Shown: in pieces, positions 30,342 through 40,255 of the stretch | Numbering within the stretch: position 1 is the first letter of the stretch | Layout: every line of letters starts with the position of its first letter | The notes under the pieces: model-generated | What the model was told of the DNA's origin: nothing | Seen by the model: the letters and a program-made list of their open reading frames with translations, nothing else | Database searches by the model: none | Position numbers and translations under genes: made by a program | Assembly (NCBI GenBank): GCA_965216755.1 | Contig: CBDCGL010000011.1 | Location: forward strand, 3,616,001 to 3,680,000 | Origin: Alphaproteobacteria bacterium | GTDB taxonomy: Bacteria; Pseudomonadota; Alphaproteobacteria; UBA7887 | Direction of reading: 5' to 3' | Length of the DNA: 64,000 nucleotides

Positions 30342-31301
30342 ATGTCACAGATCAACCTTTACCCGACCATCGAGCCCTTTGCCAGCGGCCGGCTGCCGCT
30401 TGGTTCGCCGCATGTCATGTATTGGGAACAATCGGGCCATCCGGACGGCTGCCCGGTTGTCTTCTTGCATGGCGGGCCGGGCGCCGGGGCGTCACCGTCC
30501 AACCGGCGTTATTTCGATCCGACCCACTATCGCATCATCATCTATGACCAACGCGGCGCCGGCCGCTCGGCCCCTTTGGGCAGCTTGGTTGACAACACGA
30601 CGCAACATTTAATCGACGACCTTGAGCAGCTGCGGCGGTTCCTGAAAATAGAGTCATGGATCGTGTTTGGCGGTTCCTGGGGCAGCACACTTGCGTTGGC
30701 ATACGCCGAGGCGCATCCAGAGCGGTGTCAAGCGCTTGTATTACGGGGCATTTTTTTGTGCCAGCCGGAAGAGATCGAATGGTTTCTGCACGGCATGGGG
30801 CGGTTCTTTCCAGAGGCCTGGACCGAGTTTGTGGGCCATCTGCGGGCCGACGAACGCGACGACATTCTCGCCAACTATTATCGGCGCCTCATCGATTCCG
30901 ATCCGGCCGTACACGTGCCGGCAGCGCTCGCCTGGAGCCGCTATGAAGGGCGTTGCTCGACCTTGTTGCCGAGCCTCGAGACCGAACAAGCCTTTGGCAA
31001 GGAACGAATGGCCTTGGGGCTCGCCCGAATCGAAGCCCATTACTTTGTCAATCGGCTGTTCTTGCCAAGTGGCGCTTTGCTGACGGCGATCAAACGGATC
31101 CACGATATTCCCGGCTATATCGTACAGGGCCGCTACGACATGGTGTGTCCGCCCCGCACCGCCGACATGCTGCATCGCGCTTGGCCAAGGTCGCGTTTGA
31201 AAATGGTTCCCGAGGCCGGGCATTCGTCACTGGAGCCGGGCATTAGTCGCGCTTTGGTCGCCGTTATGGACACATTGCGCGACCAAGGCTCGGGCGGGTA
31301 A
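30342..31301 (+). CDS. pip: Prolyl aminopeptidase
   Basis: LYPTIEPF, FLHGGPG, FGGSWGSTL, QGRYDMVCP, AGHS. Start placed at MSQINLYP. Confidence 0.93.
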   Translation: MSQINLYPTIEPFASGRLPLGSPHVMYWEQSGHPDGCPVVFLHGGPGAGASPSNRRYFDPTHYRIIIYDQRGAGRSAPLGSLVDNTTQHLIDDLEQLRRFLKIESWIVFGGSWGSTLALAYAEAHPERCQALVLRGIFLCQPEEIEWFLHGMGRFFPEAWTEFVGHLRADERDDILANYYRRLIDSDPAVHVPAALAWSRYEGRCSTLLPSLETEQAFGKERMALGLARIEAHYFVNRLFLPSGALLTAIKRIHDIPGYIVQGRYDMVCPPRTADMLHRAWPRSRLKMVPEAGHSSLEPGISRALVAVMDTLRDQGSGG

Positions 31302-31368
31302 ACAGGTCAACACTGCGCCAGTTTGGGCGCGCATTCGCAAGAACAAGCGATATCGAAAGATCTGGGGG

Positions 31369-31887
31369 GTGACGATGCGAGCGATGCGGGTGGCCGTGTT
31401 ATTGGCTGTATGGTGTGCGACATTGATAGCAGGCGCGCGCGGCGTGCGCGCCGCCGACGAACCGGATTTCCTGGTACTTGGGGTCGGCGCCTACGATGTT
31501 CTTGATGACTTCATCGCGACAGAGTTCGACGCGCAGTTTCGTTTCAATGAACGGCTTTGGTTTATTCGACCGATGGTCGGCGCGATGGCCACCACCGACA
31601 GCGCTTTTTTCGCTTATGCCGGGATATTTGCCGACATCAACCTTGGTCAGAGACTGGTCGTGACACCAAGTTTTGGCGCCGGCATCTACCACGAAGGCGA
31701 CGGCAAGGATTTGGGCGGCAATCTGCAATTCCGCTCGGCGGTAGAATTCGCCTATCGATTCGATGATCGGGCGCGATTGGGGGTTGAACTCGGCCATTTG
31801 TCGAACGGCAGTATTTTGGATACCAATCCGGGCGAGGAATTTATCATCGTCAACTATTCACTGCCGACCGATGTGTTCACACGATAA
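31369..31887 (+). CDS. Acyloxyacyl hydrolase / PagL-like outer-membrane beta-barrel
   Basis: Signal peptide; GKDLGGNLQFRS and catalytic-type HLSNG..NPGEE. Confidence 0.8.
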   Translation: MTMRAMRVAVLLAVWCATLIAGARGVRAADEPDFLVLGVGAYDVLDDFIATEFDAQFRFNERLWFIRPMVGAMATTDSAFFAYAGIFADINLGQRLVVTPSFGAGIYHEGDGKDLGGNLQFRSAVEFAYRFDDRARLGVELGHLSNGSILDTNPGEEFIIVNYSLPTDVFTR

Positions 31888-32480
31888 CCGGCGCGCAACC
31901 GTCGATATCGCAGGAAAATGATCGTCGCGAAGATCGGCGCGCCCACCGCCGCCAAGATCAAGAACGGCTGCAACCAGCCAAGCCACGCGACTGGCGCAAC
32001 GATGAACAATGTGTCGTCCGGGTCAAAACCACCACGGCCGGGAATGGCCTGCGTGCCCGGAGGTAGCATCGCGTCGATTTGGGCGGCCAGCCAAAAGGTC
32101 GCGGTGACCGCCAGCCCCGCGAGTACACCCATGGCCGGCGCCCACCAACCGAGCCCGCTGTTGACCAGGCCGGCGCCGATACCGACAAAAAGCAGTGCCG
32201 TGACGACATTGTCACAAATCAGATCATAGACGTGACCCCAGGCGGATGATTGGCTGGTCATGCGCGCCAACACGCCGTCGGCACGGTCCAAAAGCATCGA
32301 TAACACATAGACGATTGCGGCCACCCAATTCCACGTCGCCGCGCCCATCGCGAACAGACCCGCCGCCGCCAGCCCCGTCACCAGGCGGGCGGTGGTCAAG
32401 TGATTCGGCGTGACGGCGGTCCCGGCCAATGGCCGCACCGCCGCCGTAACCACTCGGTGCGCCCAGGTATTATGACTCAT
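31854..32480 (-). CDS. CDP-alcohol phosphatidyltransferase family protein
   Basis: TPNHLT and the full signature DxxDGxxAR-x8-GxxxDxxxD (DRADGVLARMTSQSSAWGHVYDLICD). Confidence 0.9.
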   Translation of the reverse strand: MSHNTWAHRVVTAAVRPLAGTAVTPNHLTTARLVTGLAAAGLFAMGAATWNWVAAIVYVLSMLLDRADGVLARMTSQSSAWGHVYDLICDNVVTALLFVGIGAGLVNSGLGWWAPAMGVLAGLAVTATFWLAAQIDAMLPPGTQAIPGRGGFDPDDTLFIVAPVAWLGWLQPFLILAAVGAPIFATIIFLRYRRLRAGYRVNTSVGSE

Positions 32481-33246
32481 CGCCGTTGCCCGCCGTCGCC
32501 GGTGATTGGGGAAGGGGCTGAAGTTGCGGCCAAACACAGCGTTCGGCCATGTCGATGTCGTCGGGAAAATCGATCTCGGTCCAGGGCAGTCCGGTAATGT
32601 CCTCGAAGCCGAAAGCCCCCGGCGGTTCCGCGATCAACAAGTCGCGCAGCGCCTCATCATAGTAGTCGGTGGTTTGGCCGGCATCGATATAGCGGCGAGT
32701 GGCGTCGGCCAGGCGTCTGGCCATGTGCCCGGACAGGCGGAAAAAGCCGACCGATTCACCGTGCCAATCGTGAGCATGCTCTGGTTGTTTGCGAAAGTCG
32801 ACCAATTGGCCGTTCTTCACGCAAAGTTTCGCCGGCTCGTCACCGGGTTCGATATTACGGTCAAGCAAGAAGCAGTTGGCGTGGCGCGAACCGAGCAGTC
32901 GCGCGATCATGCGCTGATCGTAAAGGACATCGCCGTCCATCAGCAACACGTCGTCGCCGGCCGACAAATGGGCGCGCAGCGCCCATTGGGTCACGATGCT
33001 GCCCGCGCGATAGTCCGGATTGTGGACCGTCTCAATCGGAATGCCGGCAACGGACTGGGCCAGTTCGTGCGTGATATCGGCGGCACGATAACCGGTTGCG
33101 ACGACAATTCTATCGACTCCGCAACTCTGCAATATGCGAACATGTCTTTCCAACAGTGTGTGGCCGCCAAAGCGCAGCAGAATCTTCGGCCCGTCAACGC
33201 CGATCAACCGGTCGCCGACACCGGCGGCAAACAGACACGCGCGCAT
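32470..33246 (-). CDS. Phosphocholine/phosphonate cytidylyltransferase family protein (LicC/PntC-like)
   Basis: LFAAGVGDRL..PKILL, LMDGDVLY, WTEIDFPDD. Start placed at MRACLF. Confidence 0.85.
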   Translation of the reverse strand: MRACLFAAGVGDRLIGVDGPKILLRFGGHTLLERHVRILQSCGVDRIVVATGYRAADITHELAQSVAGIPIETVHNPDYRAGSIVTQWALRAHLSAGDDVLLMDGDVLYDQRMIARLLGSRHANCFLLDRNIEPGDEPAKLCVKNGQLVDFRKQPEHAHDWHGESVGFFRLSGHMARRLADATRRYIDAGQTTDYYDEALRDLLIAEPPGAFGFEDITGLPWTEIDFPDDIDMAERCVWPQLQPLPQSPATAGNGDES

Positions 33247-34232
33247 CAAGATACGCCGCGCGACCGCGCGCGCCACCAGCGGTGCCCCTCGATCGCCTGC
33301 CAGGCAATCAGGCCGGGGACGCCGCCCAGGATTTCGCGCATCCGTCTGACGATCGCAATGGCGAGGCCGACATCGGCGCCGAGACCCAACACGCCAGCCA
33401 CGATCATATAGCCGCCTTCCTGAAGGCCGAGCCCGCCGGGTACGGCGAACGCCGCGCTGCGCACCGCTTGCACCAAGCCCTGAATGATCAAGGCTTCGAC
33501 CATGCCCGCCGGGACCCCCATGAATGCCAATGCCAGATACACTTCGCCGGCGCCGAGCGCCCAACTCACCAGATGATAGACCGAAGCGACCGCCATCTCG
33601 CGGCGTCTGCCATAGGTCGCGCGTACGGCGCGGTCCAACCGGCGCGCACCGCCAACCAAGTTTGCCAGACTGTCGCCGCCCAAGCGCTCGATAAATCCGG
33701 CAAGAAACCCAAACAAGCCGCGTTGTTGAACGGCGGCGAAGCCGACAACGGCGGCAAAGAACAATGCAGTAACCGCAAGCACAGCGCCGGTTAACTCGCG
33801 ACCGCCATCATGGTGCGCAACCAAAAGGCCCAAGGCCACCAAGGTAAACAGGGCCTGCATCAGCACGATCAACGTCATATCGACGACCAAACTGGCCGCG
33901 GCCAGCGGCCCCGGCATGCCGCGCACGATCAAAAGTCGCGCCACCACCACATCGCCGCCGATCTGTGCGACCGGCAGCAGTTGGTTTACCGACTGGCGAA
34001 TCCAACGCATTTTCCACGCCACCAACAGCGACGGGCGCGCCCGGGTCGCCGCCACGCGACGCCAGCCAAAGGCGTCGGCCAATAGCGGAATGGCATCGAA
34101 GGCGACGATGATCAAGATCCCCCAGCCAACCGTGACTAAGGCTTCGGCCAAGGTATCGGCGCCACGCCACACAACCAAACCCGTAAACAGCGCCAAGCCG
34201 GCCAAACCAAACAGGACCATGAGCCGTTTCAT
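33246..34232 (-). CDS. HpnL-like / lysylphosphatidylglycerol-synthase TM (flippase-like) membrane protein
   Basis: VNQLLPVAQIGGD and FAVPGGLGLQEGG; multi-pass hydrophobic. Confidence 0.8.
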   Translation of the reverse strand: MKRLMVLFGLAGLALFTGLVVWRGADTLAEALVTVGWGILIIVAFDAIPLLADAFGWRRVAATRARPSLLVAWKMRWIRQSVNQLLPVAQIGGDVVVARLLIVRGMPGPLAAASLVVDMTLIVLMQALFTLVALGLLVAHHDGGRELTGAVLAVTALFFAAVVGFAAVQQRGLFGFLAGFIERLGGDSLANLVGGARRLDRAVRATYGRRREMAVASVYHLVSWALGAGEVYLALAFMGVPAGMVEALIIQGLVQAVRSAAFAVPGGLGLQEGGYMIVAGVLGLGADVGLAIAIVRRMREILGGVPGLIAWQAIEGHRWWRARSRGVS

Positions 34233-36862
34233 GGCTCTTGGGTCCTCGCCGTGGCGATCGTCATCAGGGCCGGCAACAATAGGATCGTGGCCGCGAATGT
34301 TACGCCAACGCCAATGATCAGCAGCATACCCATACTTGCCGTGCCGACATGTTCGGACACGGCCAAGGCCCCGAAACCAGCCATGGTGGTCGCCGCGCTC
34401 AACAAGGCGGCGCGCGCCGTCGATGTCGCCAGGACGGGTTGTGCCGGCGCGGCGCGCTGGCGCCGCATCAGGTGAATGGCGCTGTCGACACCAATGCCCA
34501 GCAGCAGGGGCAGTACGATGACATTGGCGAAGTTGAAGGTCATCCCGGCAAGCGTCATGATCGCGGCCGTCAACAGCGCGCCCAGCAACAGCGGTGCCAT
34601 CACCAAGGCGACGTCGATCGGACGCCGGGTTACGATCAGCAACAATGCGGCGATCGAAACCAATGCGGCCAGCAGAGCCTGAATAAAAGCCGTTATCACG
34701 GTATCGCCTGCTTCCAACACCAAAACCGGTTGATCGGTGATATCTTCAGCAACCGTTCGCACGGCATCGACAAAGCGCACCAAGGCGTCATTGTTGGCGA
34801 CGATGTCCTCGGCCGGGAAGACCTGAACCCGTTGGCCGCCATCGCGCGCCTGGAATTGCGCCCGCAGGTCCTCTGGCAGCGCCGATTCGGTAAACGGCGC
34901 GGCGGTAAGCGATGCGTCCAACAGGGCGATCTGATAGGGCAATGCACCGAGCCAGGCGTCGCGAATAGCCGCCAGTGAGATCGACCTGTCGTCACCGGCG
35001 CGCAGGGCGCGATCCAATGCGGTGCGCAGGTCGGATACGCCGGCGGGCGCGTCAGGGCGCGCTGTGGCAACTTGGTCAAGTGCGCGCAGCAGGGCCTTCA
35101 AGGCGAGCTGTTCTTCATCCGGTGTGCTCGCGGTGCCGGGCGCCAAAGCAAACGGATCTGGTTCAGACACAAACGCAATGTCTTGGATGATTTCGTATTT
35201 CGTATCTTGATCTGCGGGCACGAAGTCGTCCAATGTGATGGCTTCGTCAACTTCGGGCAGCTGTTCGAAGGCGGTCTTGAGAGACGCCGCCTCGGCGCGG
35301 TCGGCGGCGACAACGGACGCGGTCCACGGCTTGGTCTGGGTGTCGTCCAGCAAAGTGCGCAGCGCGGTGACCGATTCACGTGCCGGATTTTGTAGGTTGA
35401 GCGGGTTCGGGTCGAAGCCGACCTGTGGCGCCACCGCCAAGCCGACCAGTGCCAGCACGGCGGCACCAATCGCGATCGGGCGCGCGTTGCGGTGCGGCCA
35501 GTGCGCGAATCGGTTTGCGCGTTGTGACCGCGGGCGCACTGAGCCGGGTGGCAACACCAGCGTCAACAGCGCCGGCAAAACCGTCAGGTTGGCGAAGAGA
35601 CTGACGAACATGCCCGTGCCGGCGATAACGCCCAACTCCGACACACCGTCATAGTCGGTCAGCAAAAAGGCATAAAACCCGACCGCGGTCGACACGGCGC
35701 ACAAGGTCAGGGCACCGCCGACGGCGCGTCCGGCTTTGGCAACGGCCGCGGTTGGATCGAAGCCGGCGGCGACCATCTCGCGGAAACGCAATCCATAGTG
35801 GATGCTGGCATCGATCCCAAGACTGACGAACAGAACCGCAAACGCGATCGAGATCAGGTTCAAATGTCCGACCAGGACCGCGGCAAACCATGCCGTCCAC
35901 ACCAGGCCGATGGCCAACGTCACCAATGCGGCGATCACCAAGCGGATAGAGCGTAAGCCAACTAACAAAATCACCGCGACCAAGAACAACGCCACCAGTC
36001 CGGCGTGCTGCGCGCCCAATTGGGCGGATTCAAGCTCGTCATGGCCAAGCGCAACCGTGCCTGTCAATGACACCGTGACTCCGTTGGTCGGCGTTAGGGC
36101 CGCCGCGGCCGCGATATCGCGAATCGACTGTAGAACCGCCGCGCCCGGCATCAGCTGCGCGTAGTCGAGTGCGGCCGGCTGGACAACGATCACGGCGCGT
36201 AGGTCGGCCGCGGTCGGCGCGGTCCCGTGCATGATCTCAACCCAAGACAACTGCGCCGGGACGCCGTCCAACAGGTTCTCGATCACACGCCCCATGCGTG
36301 TGAACAGCAACGCCAAATCTTCCAGCGGAGCCGCTTTGGTCAAGGCATCGTCGATGCCCAACCGCAAGACCGCGGAAAGACCGCGCAGGCTCATGTCCTG
36401 GCGCAGGCGCTGCAACAGCGGCTGTGCCTCGCCCAAATCGTCGAGCAGGTCGAGAAGTTCCGCCTCGCTGAGATAGAACAAACCATTGTTGGCAAAAAAC
36501 GCGCCGGCGCCCGGGGCGTAGACATAGGGAAAATGTTCCGGCTGGGCGTTAAGCGCGGTGGTGAGTGTGTCGCGCGCGGCGCGGACGCGATCGGGCGTGT
36601 CTGCTTCCAACAGAACGGTGACCGTGTCGTTCAGGCGCGGGAACTGCGCCTTGTAGGCTTTGTAAGTTCTCAGAAACGGTGTTTCGTCGGAGATCAAGTC
36701 CAAGGTGTCGGTATCGATTGTCATGGTCGCGACCGTATAGGGAACGGTCGCGGCGGCGCTGACAATGGCCAAGATCACGACCCACACTGCGTATCGCTGA
36801 ACAGTACCGAGCCACGTCGCCAAGACACGATCGAGCGGGGCTGTCGGTTGGCGATCAGACAA
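34229..36862 (-). CDS. MMPL/RND family lipid transporter (HpnN-like)
   Basis: Two RND TM repeats with GIDASIH and GIGVDSAIH, LNLISIAFAVLF, FDPNPLNLQNP; two large periplasmic loops. Confidence 0.88.
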   Translation of the reverse strand: MSDRQPTAPLDRVLATWLGTVQRYAVWVVILAIVSAAATVPYTVATMTIDTDTLDLISDETPFLRTYKAYKAQFPRLNDTVTVLLEADTPDRVRAARDTLTTALNAQPEHFPYVYAPGAGAFFANNGLFYLSEAELLDLLDDLGEAQPLLQRLRQDMSLRGLSAVLRLGIDDALTKAAPLEDLALLFTRMGRVIENLLDGVPAQLSWVEIMHGTAPTAADLRAVIVVQPAALDYAQLMPGAAVLQSIRDIAAAAALTPTNGVTVSLTGTVALGHDELESAQLGAQHAGLVALFLVAVILLVGLRSIRLVIAALVTLAIGLVWTAWFAAVLVGHLNLISIAFAVLFVSLGIDASIHYGLRFREMVAAGFDPTAAVAKAGRAVGGALTLCAVSTAVGFYAFLLTDYDGVSELGVIAGTGMFVSLFANLTVLPALLTLVLPPGSVRPRSQRANRFAHWPHRNARPIAIGAAVLALVGLAVAPQVGFDPNPLNLQNPARESVTALRTLLDDTQTKPWTASVVAADRAEAASLKTAFEQLPEVDEAITLDDFVPADQDTKYEIIQDIAFVSEPDPFALAPGTASTPDEEQLALKALLRALDQVATARPDAPAGVSDLRTALDRALRAGDDRSISLAAIRDAWLGALPYQIALLDASLTAAPFTESALPEDLRAQFQARDGGQRVQVFPAEDIVANNDALVRFVDAVRTVAEDITDQPVLVLEAGDTVITAFIQALLAALVSIAALLLIVTRRPIDVALVMAPLLLGALLTAAIMTLAGMTFNFANVIVLPLLLGIGVDSAIHLMRRQRAAPAQPVLATSTARAALLSAATTMAGFGALAVSEHVGTASMGMLLIIGVGVTFAATILLLPALMTIATARTQEP

Positions 36863-36877
36863 GGGACGCGTGAGACC

Positions 36878-38017
36878 TTAGACGGTGGCCAAATGGCGGC
36901 GCAATCGTTGCGCGACCGCTGCTGGCGTGACCGTTGGGCGCGGCAGACCAGCCGGGACGCCGGGCCGGGTGGGCAGGTGCACAAAGTGCGGCCCGGGCCC
37001 CTGTTCGCCCAATCTATTCGCCAATACATGCGGCGTCGTGACACGTTGGGTGGTGGCATAGCCGCACGCGGCTGCGACCGCGCAAAAATCGACGGTGTGC
37101 GAAACGGTCGCTTGACCGCCGGTCGATTCATGCATGCCGTTGTCGAATAGAATATGCACCAGATTGTTGGGGCGCGCCGCGCCGATCGTGGCCAGTGCAC
37201 CAAGGCGCATCAAGGCGGCACCATCGCCATCCAAGGCAATCACGCGCACGTCTGGCCGCGCCAGCGCGAGCCCCAGCGCAAGGCTGGATACGCAGCCCAT
37301 CGAACCGACCATGTAGAGCTGGTTTGGCCGGTCTTCCAACCCATAAAGGGCGCGGCCGGTAAACCCCGTCGTGGCGATGATCACGTCGCGCGCGCCGCTC
37401 GTCGCCTGCACCGCCGCCAGCAGTTCGTGGCGCGTCGCGTCGGCGGGCGTCGCGACCGTCGGTATAGCGGTGCGCGGCGCCGGTCGGTTGGTCTCGTTCT
37501 GGGCTAGGGGATAGGGCGCGACACTCCCCTTCGACATCAAAAGGGCATACGGGCGACCGGTCTTGCGGCGCTGCGCGTCGGCGCGGTCAAAAACGCCGGC
37601 GACCGCTTCGGATGTGCGCGGAAACGGCTCCCACGGCACCTGCAACAGTTCCAATTGGCGACCGGTTATGGGGCCCATCAGCCCATGTTGCGGTTCATCC
37701 CCGGCGCCGCCCGGCTGGCCCCGCCAAGTGACGATCAGCAGCAACGGGATGTTGAAGATGTGGGTCAACGACGACAATGGGCTGACCGCGTTGCCTAGCC
37801 CGGAGTTTTGCATCATCACCACACTGCGCCGACCACCGAGCTCGGCACCCGCCGCAATGGCGACCGCATCGCCTTCATTCGTCGCACCGACATAGTCCAA
37901 TCCGTCGGCCCCAATCACGTAGTTGATGAACGGGGTCAGATAGGAACAAGGCACGCCTGTGAACAGATCGTAGCCGCGCGCTTTGGCGGCGCCTATAAAC
38001 GCCTCGGCGTCGATCAC
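36878..38017 (-). CDS. aepY: Phosphonopyruvate decarboxylase
   Basis: FTGVPCS, NEGDA, MQNSGLGN, DEPQH, GSMGC and TPP motif DGDGAALMRLG...N. GTG start at VIDAEAF. Confidence 0.93.
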   Translation of the reverse strand: MIDAEAFIGAAKARGYDLFTGVPCSYLTPFINYVIGADGLDYVGATNEGDAVAIAAGAELGGRRSVVMMQNSGLGNAVSPLSSLTHIFNIPLLLIVTWRGQPGGAGDEPQHGLMGPITGRQLELLQVPWEPFPRTSEAVAGVFDRADAQRRKTGRPYALLMSKGSVAPYPLAQNETNRPAPRTAIPTVATPADATRHELLAAVQATSGARDVIIATTGFTGRALYGLEDRPNQLYMVGSMGCVSSLALGLALARPDVRVIALDGDGAALMRLGALATIGAARPNNLVHILFDNGMHESTGGQATVSHTVDFCAVAAACGYATTQRVTTPHVLANRLGEQGPGPHFVHLPTRPGVPAGLPRPTVTPAAVAQRLRRHLATV

Positions 38018-38021
38018 AATG

Positions 38022-39683
38022 TCACACGAAATTGCCGGCGACCAACAGGTCGTCGACATCATCGATGTCGAGCCAATGCCCGGTTGTGTAGACGACCCGC
38101 ACCTTCTGGCCCGCGCCAACCAAGCGATTGAACAACGCATCGATGCCGGCGTTTTCGAACGCCACGCGATCGTCGTCGCGCCAGCCCGTGAGGGTTTCAA
38201 AGGCCACCTGCGCGCCGGCGGCCGTGAAGCGCGCCACCCCCATCCACTCGCCGTGGATCTTGCCGGATAGTGCCGGTCCCATCTCGGCCAGCCAGACCGG
38301 GGCATAGTAGGCCTCGCGGCTATTGGGCAGTGAACATTTAACATAGTCGGCCGCCCGATTGGCGCCGCGATTGCGGCTGGTTTTCCAGTTGGTATCGACG
38401 GCAATGGTGATGTCGGCGTCGCTTTCCGTCAGCATGTCCAGCACATAACGACGAAACAGCACGTCGCCATAGGATACGAACACGTCCCTGGTCGCAGGTT
38501 GCAGTGCCAGCGCCAGGGACACGATCTCTTGCGTGGTGTCGTAAGCGAGATTGTCGACATAATCGAGGGCGGGCAGGTCGATCTTGTGCTTGGCATAGCC
38601 GCGCACCACGGTGATGTCTTTGACATCGGCTTTGCGGTAAACCTCGGCTATGTGCGCCAAGATCGGCTTGCCGGCCACATCCAGCATTGCTTTCGGCTTG
38701 TGCTCGGTCAGGGCGCCCAATTCGCGGCCGCGCGAGGCAGCCAAAATGATCGCCGTCGCGGCGCCCTGGCTGGGTAGATAAGTTTCCTCGGCCCGCTTCA
38801 GTTCATCGGCGCCTTGCAAGCGAAACACTTCCGCCACCGGCGCGATCGCGTGTTCGACGCCAAGCAAATTTTCGTCGTCATGAATGGTCGCCGCGGTGCG
38901 CTGCATGGCGGTGATTGCCGCGCGCAGCAAATGATTGGCCCAAATCACCATCGAAACGCCGTGATCGCGGAACGCGTCGGTGGGGGTGGTGTAGTATTTG
39001 GTCGGTACCAACACCACCGGGCAGCGCCGATCCCAGGCGCGCAAGAAGCTGAACACTTCATCAGCGTTGGATCCGGCACTGTGAATCAAGATCGCGTCGG
39101 CACCAGCCGCATGATAGGCGCGCGCCCGGCGCAAGGCCTCCTCGAGCCCCCAACCGGCAATGAATGCTTCGACCCGTGCGACAATGGAAAAATCCGGATC
39201 GTGCTGGGCCGCCTTGCCGGCCCGAATCTTGCCGCAAAACTCATCGATGTCAGCCAGCGGCTGTGTGGCGCCGGCAATGAAGCTGTTGGTCTTCGGGAAC
39301 TGTTTGTCCTCGATGCAGACCGCCGCCACGCCACGGCTTTCCAACTTTTGCACGAGCCGGCGCATATTGTTGAAATTGCCATATCCAGTGTCGCCGTCGA
39401 GCATGATCGGCACGGTGCACGCGTCGTTCATGAATTCGACCACTTCAAGCACCTGGGTCCAGCTGGCCTCATTGTTGTCGCGCACACCAAGCGCCGCCGC
39501 CATTGACAAGCCACTGGCCCAAACCGCGCCGAACCCGGCCTCCTCGGCGATTTTCGCGCTCAGGCCGTTATGTGCCTCGCACACAAAACTAAGTTCCGGG
39601 GTGTTCAAGGCGGCGCGGAAACGGGCAGCGCGCGACAGTTGCGCGCGTGGCGCGGTCTCGATCGGTACGGCAGGTGCCTGCAT
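38022..39683 (-). CDS. aepX: Phosphoenolpyruvate mutase fused to a C-terminal NTP-transferase domain
   Basis: PepM signature EDKxxxxxNS ([10 protein letters not shown]) and DGDTGYG; C-terminal ILAASRG...KPKAML, YGDVLF, WLDIDD. Confidence 0.95.
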   Translation of the reverse strand: MQAPAVPIETAPRAQLSRAARFRAALNTPELSFVCEAHNGLSAKIAEEAGFGAVWASGLSMAAALGVRDNNEASWTQVLEVVEFMNDACTVPIMLDGDTGYGNFNNMRRLVQKLESRGVAAVCIEDKQFPKTNSFIAGATQPLADIDEFCGKIRAGKAAQHDPDFSIVARVEAFIAGWGLEEALRRARAYHAAGADAILIHSAGSNADEVFSFLRAWDRRCPVVLVPTKYYTTPTDAFRDHGVSMVIWANHLLRAAITAMQRTAATIHDDENLLGVEHAIAPVAEVFRLQGADELKRAEETYLPSQGAATAIILAASRGRELGALTEHKPKAMLDVAGKPILAHIAEVYRKADVKDITVVRGYAKHKIDLPALDYVDNLAYDTTQEIVSLALALQPATRDVFVSYGDVLFRRYVLDMLTESDADITIAVDTNWKTSRNRGANRAADYVKCSLPNSREAYYAPVWLAEMGPALSGKIHGEWMGVARFTAAGAQVAFETLTGWRDDDRVAFENAGIDALFNRLVGAGQKVRVVYTTGHWLDIDDVDDLLVAGNFV

Positions 39684-39782
39684 TATGGTGCTATACAGAT
39701 CGCTTCAATGGTCCACAATGTCCGTTTGCGTCCGCGGCGGACGCATTCCAAACCGAACGGCGGCACCATAGCACGTGTGACG

Positions 39783-40115
39783 ATGGCAAAGGCACCCTCA
39801 ACCGGTTCTGATCGTGTCGCCAGCGACAAGGTGGTGTGTCGGACGCCGACACCCAACAAACGGCCGACTCGGATTCCACGTTGGAAATTCGACGCGGTGG
39901 CCGACGCTATTCGCACCGTAGTCCCGCGGGCGGGAGATGGCGTGGTGTTCAAAGACCTTCCGGGCTTGGTGGCCGGTGTGCTTGGCGACGATGTCAAACA
40001 CCAGCTGGGATCTGTGGGCTGGCATGTGGCGACGGTCAAGTTGGAGCTGGAAGTACGCGGCGAGTTGGTTCGCGTGCCCCGCGCCAAACCGCAGCGCCTG
40101 CGGCGCCGTTCGTGA
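39783..40115 (+). CDS. Conserved small protein (DUF6958-like, possible winged-helix)
   Basis: CRTPTP, IPRWKF, GSVGWHVATVKLELEVRG; family recognised from memory. Confidence 0.65.
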   Translation: MAKAPSTGSDRVASDKVVCRTPTPNKRPTRIPRWKFDAVADAIRTVVPRAGDGVVFKDLPGLVAGVLGDDVKHQLGSVGWHVATVKLELEVRGELVRVPRAKPQRLRRRS

Positions 40116-40255
40116 CCCCGATTGCGCGTTTGTGTTCCGTACCTGGTGTGCGGACGGTGCATAGCGTCGATGTGTCGCCGGATGCGTGTGCGATTGCCGA
40201 GAATATGAAATGATCGCCGGCGGCGTGGCGCTTAGCGGAGAGGGACTTAGGCAAA

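Noticed and set aside
33246-36862. Calling the region a hopanoid biosynthesis cluster
   Set aside because: Only HpnN- and HpnL-like genes are present; there is no squalene-hopene cyclase or other hpn enzyme gene in the window.
36878-38404. 508-aa version of the decarboxylase, and the long N-termini of ORFs at 3482, 7602, 15517, 20342, 30075, 32470 and 53676
   Set aside because: The extensions overlap neighbouring genes or promoters and lack family similarity, so downstream starts were used.
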